Of a stretch of DNA of 64,000 nucleotides, positions 9,578-17,776 are shown piece after piece. Each line of letters begins with the position of its first letter. Within the stretch, counting starts at the first letter, position 1. Below the pieces are notes generated by a model that saw nothing but the letters and a program-made list of their open reading frames with translations, searched no databases and was not told the origin of the DNA. A program made the position numbers and the translations under genes. Source of the stretch: an uncultured Ignavibacteria bacterium (GTDB lineage: Bacteria > Bacteroidota > Ignavibacteria > SZUA-365); NCBI GenBank assembly GCA_913061095.1, contig CAJXVM010000015.1:8870-72869 (forward strand), read 5' to 3'.

Positions 9578-10722
9578 GGGAGGTCTCCTTTCAGGTGGAG
9601 CGAGTGTGCGGTGCCGGCGAGATGATCGGCGGGGGTGCCGTCGAGTGTGAGATAGCCGCGCATGCACTGCGCGGTGAGGCAGGAATGCACGGGCAGGATG
9701 CCGATGAGCGCGCCCTCGTGCAGCAGCGCGATGATCTCGTCGGTGCTGCGGATGACGCCGTGTTCCTGCGAGATGGAAACGACAGCCGTGTCGGGGATTG
9801 GTGCGGACCAGCCGTCCTCGGTGAGCAGAACGACTCGTCCGTACATAGGGCTGCCGTCTTCCCCCGGGAGTGCATCTTTCGACAGATGCACGCTGCCGCC
9901 GTGCACCACCGCCTCGCGGCGTTCGGGATGCATCGCCACGACGGGACATACAGTGGCGACGGCGATGTCTTCCGGATCGCAGATGCCGAGTGCCGCCTGC
10001 ATGATGTCGAAAAACACGAAGTTGCCCGGACGGATTTCGTCGATACCGGTGAAATCTTCGGCGAGCGCGCAGCCGGGCGTGTCGCCGACGGAAACGATGG
10101 CATCCGGGTGCCGCCGACGGATGTGTCCGGTGGCTTCAATCAGCCGCGTTCTTGCAGTGTCGAAGCGGCGGCGGACGTCATCGGGTCCGGCGGCGTGATA
10201 GGTGTCGCCGCCGTGCGTGATGGTGCCGCGGAAATGCAGGCGCGGTGCGGCATCGATCACATCGAGAATCGCATCGATCGCCGCGCGGTCATCCCAGCGC
10301 ACGCCCGTGCGTCCGTATCCCGCGTCGATCTTGATCGAGACCGCGACCTCATTGCGCAGCTTCTCGTCGAGCTGCCGGGCGACGGCGGGTGATTCCACCA
10401 GGAGTCCCAGTCGGCACGCGCCTGCGAGGCGGTCCACCCGCGCCGTCTCGCGCGGATTGTGCGGGAAGGCGATGGTGATATCCTTCCACCCGTCCGCTGC
10501 GAAATATTCGGCCATCAGCACCGACGAGACGGTGATCGCCTCCGTGCCGGCATCGCGCAGCCAGGCACCGACCCGGCGGGACTGATGCGTTTTGAAATGG
10601 GGGCGGAAGGCGAGACCATGTTCGCGCGCGCGCTCGGTCATGCGCGCGATGTTGCGGCGGCATTTCCGCTCGTCGAGCAGAAGCACGGGGGAGGTGATGT
10701 CGGGAAAGGGCATCGTCGCCAC
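9574..10722 (-). CDS. D-serine dehydratase-like / D-threonine aldolase-like PLP enzyme (alanine racemase N-domain, DSD1 family)
   Basis: N-terminus PVLLLDERKCRRNIARM...GLAFRPHFKTHQS (PLP-lysine motif of the DSD1/D-threonine aldolase family). C-terminal D-ser_dehydrat-like region. The stop overlaps the dipeptidase GTG start by 4 nt. Confidence 0.75.
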   Translation of the reverse strand: MATMPFPDITSPVLLLDERKCRRNIARMTERAREHGLAFRPHFKTHQSRRVGAWLRDAGTEAITVSSVLMAEYFAADGWKDITIAFPHNPRETARVDRLAGACRLGLLVESPAVARQLDEKLRNEVAVSIKIDAGYGRTGVRWDDRAAIDAILDVIDAAPRLHFRGTITHGGDTYHAAGPDDVRRRFDTARTRLIEATGHIRRRHPDAIVSVGDTPGCALAEDFTGIDEIRPGNFVFFDIMQAALGICDPEDIAVATVCPVVAMHPERREAVVHGGSVHLSKDALPGEDGSPMYGRVVLLTEDGWSAPIPDTAVVSISQEHGVIRSTDEIIALLHEGALIGILPVHSCLTAQCMRGYLTLDGTPADHLAGTAHSLHLKGDLP

Positions 10723-10775
10723 GGTGATTTTTCCTATATTTCCAATTCGACCGTCGTCACAAGCACGGATATCCC

Positions 10776-11894
10776 ATGAACGTTCTCGAGTTTCTTCTCG
10801 GAAACACGCAGCTTTCCATTCTGCTGTCGGCGCTGCTGATCATCGTGCTGGGCCATGTCGCGGGACGCCTGCTCAAGGCGCTGATGATGCTGTTCAGCAA
10901 AAAGATAACAAAAAAAACGCGCTCGACACTCGACGACCTCATCGTCGGCGTGCTGGCCCGCAGCAGCGTATGGCTGACCACGCTGATCGTGGGATACTGG
11001 GTGCTCAAGGGTACCGCCGCGGCGTTTGTCGGTGAGAGCCTGCTCGTGCAGCGCACGGTCACGGTGATCGTCGAAGGCACTTACATCGCGCTGGTGTTTT
11101 ACATCTCCGTGTTTGTGGCGCGGCTGGTCGATGCCACGGTGCGCTGGTATCTGCACGAGGTCGCCACGCGCACGCAGACGCATCTCGACGACGAGCTCGC
11201 GCCGCTGGCGAATCGCGTGCTCAAGGTGCTGATCTACCTGTCGGCGCTGGTCGTCGTGCTCGATCATTACGGGCAGAACATCAGCACGCTGGTCGTGTCG
11301 CTTGGCGTGGGATCCCTCGCCGTTGCTCTTGCGGCGCAGGAGACACTGGCGAACATGATCGCGGGCTTCGTGCTGATGATCGACCGTCCATTCCGCCTCG
11401 GCGACCGTATCCGGCTGCCCGACGGCACCATCGGCAACGTTGCCGACATCGGTATCCGCTCCACCCGCGTGATCGACGACTACCATGTCATGATCATCAC
11501 GCCCAATGCGGAGATCGTCAAGAGTCAGATCAAGAATTTTTCGTATCCGAACGACATTGTGCGCTTCGAGGTGGCCTTCGGTGTCGCCTACGGCACGGAT
11601 CTGCTGGCCATGCGCAAGGTGGTGCTCGAACGCATCAACCGCGAGCACGACATCGTCGAACCCGAGACCTCGGAGGTACGCATCATGGAGATGGGCGACT
11701 CGGCGATGAACGCGGTATTGCTGTGCAAGATCCGGAATCCGAACGACATCCCGCAGCGCAAGAGCGACCTGCTGCTCATCATTTACAACACGCTCTATGA
11801 GCACGAGATCGAGATTCCCTTCCCGCAGCGCGTGGTGCATCTCGCACCCAATCTGCAGAAGCTCGTCGAGGAGCGCCGGCGCCTCTCCGACTGA
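10776..11894 (+). CDS. mechanosensitive ion channel (MscS family)
   Basis: TM helices followed by the MscS beta-domain signature (LANMIAGFVLMIDRPFRLGDRIRLPDGTIGNVADIGIRSTRV...). Confidence 0.85.
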   Translation: MNVLEFLLGNTQLSILLSALLIIVLGHVAGRLLKALMMLFSKKITKKTRSTLDDLIVGVLARSSVWLTTLIVGYWVLKGTAAAFVGESLLVQRTVTVIVEGTYIALVFYISVFVARLVDATVRWYLHEVATRTQTHLDDELAPLANRVLKVLIYLSALVVVLDHYGQNISTLVVSLGVGSLAVALAAQETLANMIAGFVLMIDRPFRLGDRIRLPDGTIGNVADIGIRSTRVIDDYHVMIITPNAEIVKSQIKNFSYPNDIVRFEVAFGVAYGTDLLAMRKVVLERINREHDIVEPETSEVRIMEMGDSAMNAVLLCKIRNPNDIPQRKSDLLLIIYNTLYEHEIEIPFPQRVVHLAPNLQKLVEERRRLSD

Positions 11895-11927
11895 AGGTTT
11901 CCACGGAATGGCTTTTTCGCGGAACGA

Positions 11928-12509
11928 TTGTTTCATCAGCAGCTGAATACGGACATCATGGGTGTGCATTTCGAAGTGACGCGACGGGAAGTAGTATTCC
12001 AGGGTCGGGTGTTTACCATCGTCCGCGACGAGGTGCGGCACGCGAGCGGGTATGAGTCCGTCCGCGAAGTCGTCGAGCACAACGGCGGCGCGGTGGTGGT
12101 GCCGCTGTTCGACAACGGCGACGTGCAGCTCATCCGGCAGTTCCGTTATCCCGTGCAGGATGAGATCATCGAGTTGCCCGCCGGCAAGCTGGGGGACGGT
12201 GAGGAGCCCGAGCGCTGTGCCGCGCGCGAGCTGGAGGAGGAGACGGGATGGAAAGGCTCGGAATTCCGCAGGCTGACGGCGATGATGACCACGCCGGGAT
12301 TCTGCAGCGAGGTGCTGCACATCTATCTCGCGACGGGACTGCAGGACGGAGAGCAGCGGCTGGAGGAGGGCGAGGAGAGTATCCGCATGCTGCGCGTGCC
12401 GTTTCGCGAGGCCCTGGCCATGTGCCGCGACGGCCGCATCCACGATGGCAAGACTGTCACAGGGCTCATGCTGGCCGCGCTCGATCGCGGCATTCTCACG
12501 GAATCATGA
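11928..12509 (+). CDS. NUDIX hydrolase (ADP-ribose pyrophosphatase-like)
   Basis: Nudix box GKLGDGEEPERCAARELEEETGW. Size and pattern resemble NudF-like enzymes. Confidence 0.8.
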   Translation: MFHQQLNTDIMGVHFEVTRREVVFQGRVFTIVRDEVRHASGYESVREVVEHNGGAVVVPLFDNGDVQLIRQFRYPVQDEIIELPAGKLGDGEEPERCAARELEEETGWKGSEFRRLTAMMTTPGFCSEVLHIYLATGLQDGEQRLEEGEESIRMLRVPFREALAMCRDGRIHDGKTVTGLMLAALDRGILTES

Positions 12510-12646
12510 GCGCAGGGATGCGGAACCTGCATCGGCATGCGGGATGTTTAATAGAGCGTCATGCCGAGCAGTCGAAGCATGCACCTGTCGACGCATGGCA
12601 TTGTTTGCTTCCGTCGCCCTTCGTCAGGCGCCGGGTGACGGTGCGG

Positions 12647-13246
12647 ATGGAACCAACAACTCTGGAGGACATTTCATTGCGAGTATTTCTGACATTTGCA
12701 CTGATGCTGACGATTTCGTCGGCGGCCTGTTCGCAGGATGCGGAGCGTGAGCCTTCCACGTCCGGCAGTATTCATGACTTCACGATGGTGACAATCGACG
12801 GTGACGAGCGTTCACTGAGCGATTACGAGGGGAAGGTCCTGCTCATCGTCAACACCGCCTCGAAATGCGGATTCACGCCGCAGTACGAATCCCTCGAGAA
12901 GCTGTACCGCACCTACAGTGACCGCGGATTCACCATTCTGGCGTTCCCGGCCAACAATTTCGGCGCGCAGGAGCCCGGCACCGATGAGCAGATCAAGGAA
13001 TTCTGCACGACAAATTTCGACGTCACGTTCGATCTGTTCAGCAAGATCAGCGTAAAGGGAGACGACATGCATCCGCTGTACGCGTATCTGACCGGTCTGC
13101 CGGAGGTGGGTGGAGACATCAAGTGGAACTTCACCAAGTTCCTGGTTGACGGCGACGGGCAGGTGCTGGCTCGTTTCAATACGCGGGTGGATCCGCTCGA
13201 CGAGCAGGTCGTGACCGCGGTGGAGGATGCCCTCGGGGAGGACTGA
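12647..13246 (+). CDS. glutathione peroxidase, probably a lipoprotein; the start may instead be the TTG at 12677, which has a GGAGGA RBS
   Basis: GPx signature LLIVNTASKCGFTPQYESLEKLY, FPANNFGAQEPG and WNFTKFLVD. N-terminal LTISSAAC is lipobox-like. Confidence 0.85.
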   Translation: MEPTTLEDISLRVFLTFALMLTISSAACSQDAEREPSTSGSIHDFTMVTIDGDERSLSDYEGKVLLIVNTASKCGFTPQYESLEKLYRTYSDRGFTILAFPANNFGAQEPGTDEQIKEFCTTNFDVTFDLFSKISVKGDDMHPLYAYLTGLPEVGGDIKWNFTKFLVDGDGQVLARFNTRVDPLDEQVVTAVEDALGED

Positions 13247-13346
13247 CAGTTTCTTCTGCCGGTTTGTTTCGCATCGCCCGGGATTTCTATCTTTCATGAA
13301 TTGACCGGGCGATGACGCCCTAATCCTTTTCAATCGACAGGTGCCG

Positions 13347-14870
13347 ATGAAGTCTCAAAAACGTTCGCTGTTCAGCCGCGCTCTTGACAAAGTCGAGATC
13401 GTCGGCAACGCCCTGCCCCATCCCGCAACCATTTTTGCCCTCCTTGCTCTTTCTGTTGTCATCGCTTCCGCGCTCGGTGCGCTGTTCGATCTGACGGCCA
13501 CGCATCCGGGCACCGGGGAAACCATTTCCGTTCGGAGCCTGCTTACCGGTGAAGGTGTGCGCTGGATGTTCGAAAACGTCGAAGAGAATTTCGTGCGCTT
13601 TCCGCCGCTCGGGCTCGTGCTGGTCGCCATGATCGGTATCGGTGTGGCCGAGGGGTCGGGACTGATCACGGTGCTGATCCGCGCGCTGGTGCTCCGTGCG
13701 CCGAAGCGCCTGATCACGATGGCCCTGGTGATGGCGGGCGTACTCAGTCACCTGGCGTCCGAAGCGGGATACGTCGTTCTCATTCCCCTCGGGGCGGTTA
13801 TTTTTCTTGCGCTGGGGCGGCATCCCATGGCGGGACTCGCGGCGGCGTTCGCCGGTGTCAGCGGCGGGTTTGCGGCGAATTTCCTGATCGGCAGCGTCGA
13901 TCCGGTGCTGGCCGGACTGACGCAGACCGCGGCGCAGATCATCGATCCGGAGATCAGGATCAACGTGGCGGTAAACTTCTATTTCATGTTCGCTTCCGCC
14001 ATCATGATCGTGATCGTCGGCACCTTTGTCACGGAGAAAATCGTCGAACCGCGGCTCGGGAAGTACGAAGGGGCGGAGGAAGCCATCGAGCTCGAACAGC
14101 TGACCGAGACCGAGCGAAAGGGTATCATCTGGGCGGGTATCAGTGTGGTCGTTGTCATCGGCCTCTTCCTGCTCGCAGTTGTGCCGGAAAACGGTCTGCT
14201 GCGCATCCCTGGCGAAACCGTGCTGCATTCAGCATTCTTCAACGGTATGATCACCGCGATCATGATCTTTTTCCTGATCCCGGGACTGGTGTACGGTATC
14301 ATCACCGGCTCGATCCGCTCCGACAAGGACGGCATCAAGCACATGATTTCATCGATGAGCCACATGGCGACGTACATCGTGCTGGTCTTCTTCGCCGCGC
14401 AGTTCGTCTATTATTTTGGCTATTCCAATCTCGGTCTGATCATCGCCATCGAGGGCGCCGGTTTTCTCGGCAATATCGGTCTGACCGGCATTCCCCTGAT
14501 GCTGGCCTTCATTATCGTCAGTGCGTTCATTAACATGTTCATGGGATCCGCCTCGGCGAAGTGGGCCATCATGGCGCCGGTGTTCGTCCCGATGTTCATG
14601 CTGCTGGGCTATCATCCGGCACTGACGCAGATGGTATTCCGCATCGGCGATTCGCTTACCAATGTCATTACGCCGATGATGTCGTATTTCGCGCTGATCG
14701 TGGCATTCGCCGAGAAATACGATGAGGATTACGGCATTGGTACGATCATTTCCACCATGCTGCCCTACAGCATCGTGTTCGGTCTGTTCTGGACACTGCT
14801 GCTGATCGGGTGGATGCTTCTTGGACTGCCTGTCGGTCCTGACGGACCGATCCACTACATGGGCAACTGA
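13347..14870 (+). CDS. AbgT family transporter (aminobenzoyl-glutamate/antimetabolite transporter family)
   Basis: N-terminal VEIVGNALPHPATIFALLAL motif and ~12 TM segments characteristic of AbgT/MtrF. Confidence 0.8.
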   Translation: MKSQKRSLFSRALDKVEIVGNALPHPATIFALLALSVVIASALGALFDLTATHPGTGETISVRSLLTGEGVRWMFENVEENFVRFPPLGLVLVAMIGIGVAEGSGLITVLIRALVLRAPKRLITMALVMAGVLSHLASEAGYVVLIPLGAVIFLALGRHPMAGLAAAFAGVSGGFAANFLIGSVDPVLAGLTQTAAQIIDPEIRINVAVNFYFMFASAIMIVIVGTFVTEKIVEPRLGKYEGAEEAIELEQLTETERKGIIWAGISVVVVIGLFLLAVVPENGLLRIPGETVLHSAFFNGMITAIMIFFLIPGLVYGIITGSIRSDKDGIKHMISSMSHMATYIVLVFFAAQFVYYFGYSNLGLIIAIEGAGFLGNIGLTGIPLMLAFIIVSAFINMFMGSASAKWAIMAPVFVPMFMLLGYHPALTQMVFRIGDSLTNVITPMMSYFALIVAFAEKYDEDYGIGTIISTMLPYSIVFGLFWTLLLIGWMLLGLPVGPDGPIHYMGN

Positions 14871-14920
14871 CCGGTATACATCGGCGTTCAGGAACAGGAT
14901 AACTGCGCTGTTGACGGATG

Positions 14921-15060
14921 GAACGAGAAAGCTCCGGCAGCCGATCGCATCCGGCAGCTGAGGCATCCGGCAGCTGATCGCATCCGGCAGCTGATCGCAT
15001 CCGGCAGCTGAGGCATCCGGCAGCTGATCGCATCCGGCAAACGATCGCATCCGGAGCCGC
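14921..15060. repeat. intergenic tandem array, about 7 copies of a 16–17-bp unit (ccggcagctga[tg][cg]gcat), each containing a CAGCTG palindrome
   Basis: Direct reading of ccggcagccgatcgcat / ccggcagctgaggcat / ccggcagctgatcgcat... in the 304-bp gap between abgT-like and lysE-like genes. Confidence 0.85.
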
Positions 15061-15174
15061 CACCCGGCGATCCTTGTGTCGCCTGTATCCCCGTTTTCAC
15101 GGCAGGTGCCATTTTCGTAATTTTTACTGCTACAACCGGCAGCCGAATCCAGAACTCTCACCGAGCGACAGCGC

Positions 15175-15915
15175 ATGCAATACATTGTAACCGTGCTCTT
15201 CGGGATACTGGTGGGAATCCTCATCACCGTTCCCCTGGGTCCGACAGCGATTTACGTGGCGCAGCGGACACTGGCAGGCGACACGAAAAAGGGACTGCTC
15301 GTCGCTTCCGGCGCGGTGATCGTCGATGTTTTCTACTGTCTGGTCATCACGATGGGGCTCATATCCCTGATACGCCCCTATCTCGAAAATCCCATCGTCC
15401 AGAGCATCTTTTCCGTTTTCCTGATAGGGTACGGTATTCGGATGCTGGTCGTGCGGCGCGGAAAGGGGAGCGCCCCTGGGTCGAATGACGATGAACTATC
15501 GAGTGCCGGGATTGCAGACGAACCCGACGTCGCCGATGACTTTCCCGAGCCCGTTCGGAAGCTGGATCTTTCACGCTTCAAGCTCTCGAAGTCGCATTAC
15601 GGGGACGTGCTGCTCGGCATCTCGATGACGCTCGCCAATCCGACCCTGTTCCTTTCATGGGTGGCGCTGCTGAGTTTCGTCACCGCGCACGGTCTGCTGG
15701 TGAACAGCATCCTGCACAAACTGATTTTCTCTGCATCCGTCGGATTCGGCAGTATGATGTGGTTCGTACTGCTTGCCCTGTTTGTGCGCAGCCGAAGGCA
15801 TATCATTTCCGAGTCCTTCATCCGCCGGGCGTCATCCATTACTGCCCTTGTGATCATTGGCTTTGGTGTGTATTTTACGATCGTAATCTTTCAGCAGCTG
15901 AACGGAGCAACCTGA
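15175..15915 (+). CDS. LysE/RhtB family amino-acid exporter with an enlarged central hydrophilic loop
   Basis: N-terminal VPLGPTAIYVAQRTLAGDTKKGLLVASGAVIVDVFY is the LysE-family signature. Six hydrophobic helices. Confidence 0.7.
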   Translation: MQYIVTVLFGILVGILITVPLGPTAIYVAQRTLAGDTKKGLLVASGAVIVDVFYCLVITMGLISLIRPYLENPIVQSIFSVFLIGYGIRMLVVRRGKGSAPGSNDDELSSAGIADEPDVADDFPEPVRKLDLSRFKLSKSHYGDVLLGISMTLANPTLFLSWVALLSFVTAHGLLVNSILHKLIFSASVGFGSMMWFVLLALFVRSRRHIISESFIRRASSITALVIIGFGVYFTIVIFQQLNGAT

Positions 15916-16038
15916 GCGGGAAACGACATTCGCTCTGCTGCTGAAGGAATTCAGACGACAGACACTCCCCCATCCCCCCGGCAGGCCGCCGATGCGCTTC
16001 CACACGCATCCCGGCGTCCGGGTAACCGGATACGAACA

Positions 16039-17649
16039 ATGAAATACCGTCACGCGCTGTACTTGCTGCTCTGCGGCATGGTGCTCGCCGAAAGTCCGCT
16101 TTTCGCGCAGTACCCTGTCGTTCGTCTCGATGCGCCCGGCTCCCATGCCGAAGAGGTTACCATCGCGATCAATCCGCTGGATCCCGACAATCTCGTCGCG
16201 GGTTCGAACCTCAACTGGGCGTACTGGTCGTCTGACGGAGGAAAAACCTGGCAGCAGCAGTCACTGCCCGGCGGCACCTGGGGTGACCCAAGTGTCGTGT
16301 TTGACCACACGGGCCGCGCCTTTATCGCCAACCTCGTCTATGGATGGGATGCGATCATCGTTCGCCACAGTGATGACGGCGGCCGCACGTGGTCAGAGCC
16401 GGTCAAGCTGTTCGGACCGAGTTCCGACAGTGCCAAGGCGGGCAGTCTCCGGAATTCAAGTCTGCAGGACAAGGAATATCTTGCCGTCGACATGAGCGAG
16501 ACCAGCCCGTACTACGGCTCGATCTACGCGGCATGGACGGACTTCACGAAGTACGGAAGCACGAGTCCTGACGACAGCAGCGTCATCGTGTTCGCGCGTT
16601 CCATCGACCGAGGCGAAAGCTTTCAGCCGTTTGTGCGCGTCAGTGACAGTGCGGGAAATGCGATCGACGGCGATGAGACCATGGAGGGCGCCGTGCCCGC
16701 CGCCGGTCCCGCCGGGGAGGTCTACCTCGCCTGGTCCGGTCCCCGCGGCATTTACTTCGACCGTTCCTTTGACGGCGGCCGTACCTGGGGCGAGGACCGT
16801 ATCATCACCGATCAGCCGGGCGGGTGGGATATGTCCATCTCCGGCATCATGCGTGCGAACGGTCTCCCTGTCACCGTGACCGATATTTCATCCTCCCCGC
16901 ACAGAGGGAATGTCTATGTGAACTGGGTGGATGAGCGGTACGGGGATCCCGACGTGTTCATCCTGCGCTCGGAGGACCGCGGTGATACCTGGACCGATCC
17001 GATTCGGGTCAATGACGATCAGATCGGCAACGGAAAGGAACAGTTTTTCACATGGATGACCGTTGATCCCGTGACGGGGGAACTGGTGGTGGTGTATTAC
17101 GACCGCCGGCAGTATGACAGCGACTCGACGGATGTCTATCTCGCGCGTTCGACCGACGGCGGGCGCAGCTTCCGGAATGAACGTATCAGCAGTGCGGCAT
17201 TTTATCCGACGCCGTTCGTGTTTTTCGGGGATTACAATGGCGTGGCTGCCTTCGACGGGCGCATCCGGCCGATATGGACGCAGCTCGACCAGGGAGAACT
17301 CAGTATTCACACCGCCCTGATCGATGGCGGGACCATGAGCGGTGGCGCTGTGCCGGGGCGAAACGCTGCGCTGACACTCGACGGCTTTCCGAATCCGGTC
17401 AGCGTCATTTCCGGGTCCGCAGTGACCTTCCAGGTGCGGGCTCCGGAGGCCGGGACGCTTCGTCTCGTGCTCTACGACCGCGTCGGACGGGTCATGCGGA
17501 GCATTTCGGAGCTGCAGGTCGAACCCGGGCTTCGCAGTGTTGCATGGGATGCCGCGGGACTCAGCACCGGGCTGTACGTGTGCCGCGCCCTCCTGCAGAC
17601 GCCGGAGGGGAGCCGCTCGGCATCGACGATGGTCACCGTCATTCGCTGA
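16039..17649 (+). CDS. secreted BNR-repeat sialidase-like (glycosidase-fold) protein with a T9SS C-terminal sorting domain
   Basis: Signal peptide. Five BNR/Asp-box motifs (SSDGGKTW, SDDGGRTW, SFDGGRTW, SEDRGDTW, STDGGRSF). The C-terminal ~90 aa resemble a T9SS CTD (VTFQVRAPEAGTLRLVLYDRVGRVMR...GLYVCRALLQ). Confidence 0.75.
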   Translation: MKYRHALYLLLCGMVLAESPLFAQYPVVRLDAPGSHAEEVTIAINPLDPDNLVAGSNLNWAYWSSDGGKTWQQQSLPGGTWGDPSVVFDHTGRAFIANLVYGWDAIIVRHSDDGGRTWSEPVKLFGPSSDSAKAGSLRNSSLQDKEYLAVDMSETSPYYGSIYAAWTDFTKYGSTSPDDSSVIVFARSIDRGESFQPFVRVSDSAGNAIDGDETMEGAVPAAGPAGEVYLAWSGPRGIYFDRSFDGGRTWGEDRIITDQPGGWDMSISGIMRANGLPVTVTDISSSPHRGNVYVNWVDERYGDPDVFILRSEDRGDTWTDPIRVNDDQIGNGKEQFFTWMTVDPVTGELVVVYYDRRQYDSDSTDVYLARSTDGGRSFRNERISSAAFYPTPFVFFGDYNGVAAFDGRIRPIWTQLDQGELSIHTALIDGGTMSGGAVPGRNAALTLDGFPNPVSVISGSAVTFQVRAPEAGTLRLVLYDRVGRVMRSISELQVEPGLRSVAWDAAGLSTGLYVCRALLQTPEGSRSASTMVTVIR

Positions 17650-17776
17650 CCGCCGGACACTCGCAACTGACGGCAGCGTGTTTCCGGAACGAGCGGTAGC
17701 GCGGTCCAGCATCGGGAGGGAGCGGTCACAATATCCACGAATCGCCAGAACCGACGAATCGCACGAAGAGGATCAC

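Noticed and set aside
9578-9949. N-terminal 124 aa of ORF 8516..9949 (Arg-rich)
   Set aside because: There is no dipeptidase homology and the composition is improbable. An in-frame GTG at 9577 with an AAGGAG RBS begins the recognisable M19 sequence, and the stop of the upstream gene overlaps that GTG.
10734-12443. 569-aa minus-strand ORF
   Set aside because: It is antisense to the MscS and NUDIX genes. Arg/His-rich low-information sequence.
12812-13333. 173-aa minus-strand ORF
   Set aside because: It is antisense to the glutathione peroxidase gene, which has an unmistakable GPx signature.
14921-15060. CRISPR array?
   Set aside because: Units are 16–17 bp and contiguous with no unique spacers, and there are no cas genes. 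This is a simple tandem repeat. The same applies to the repeat at 66..170.
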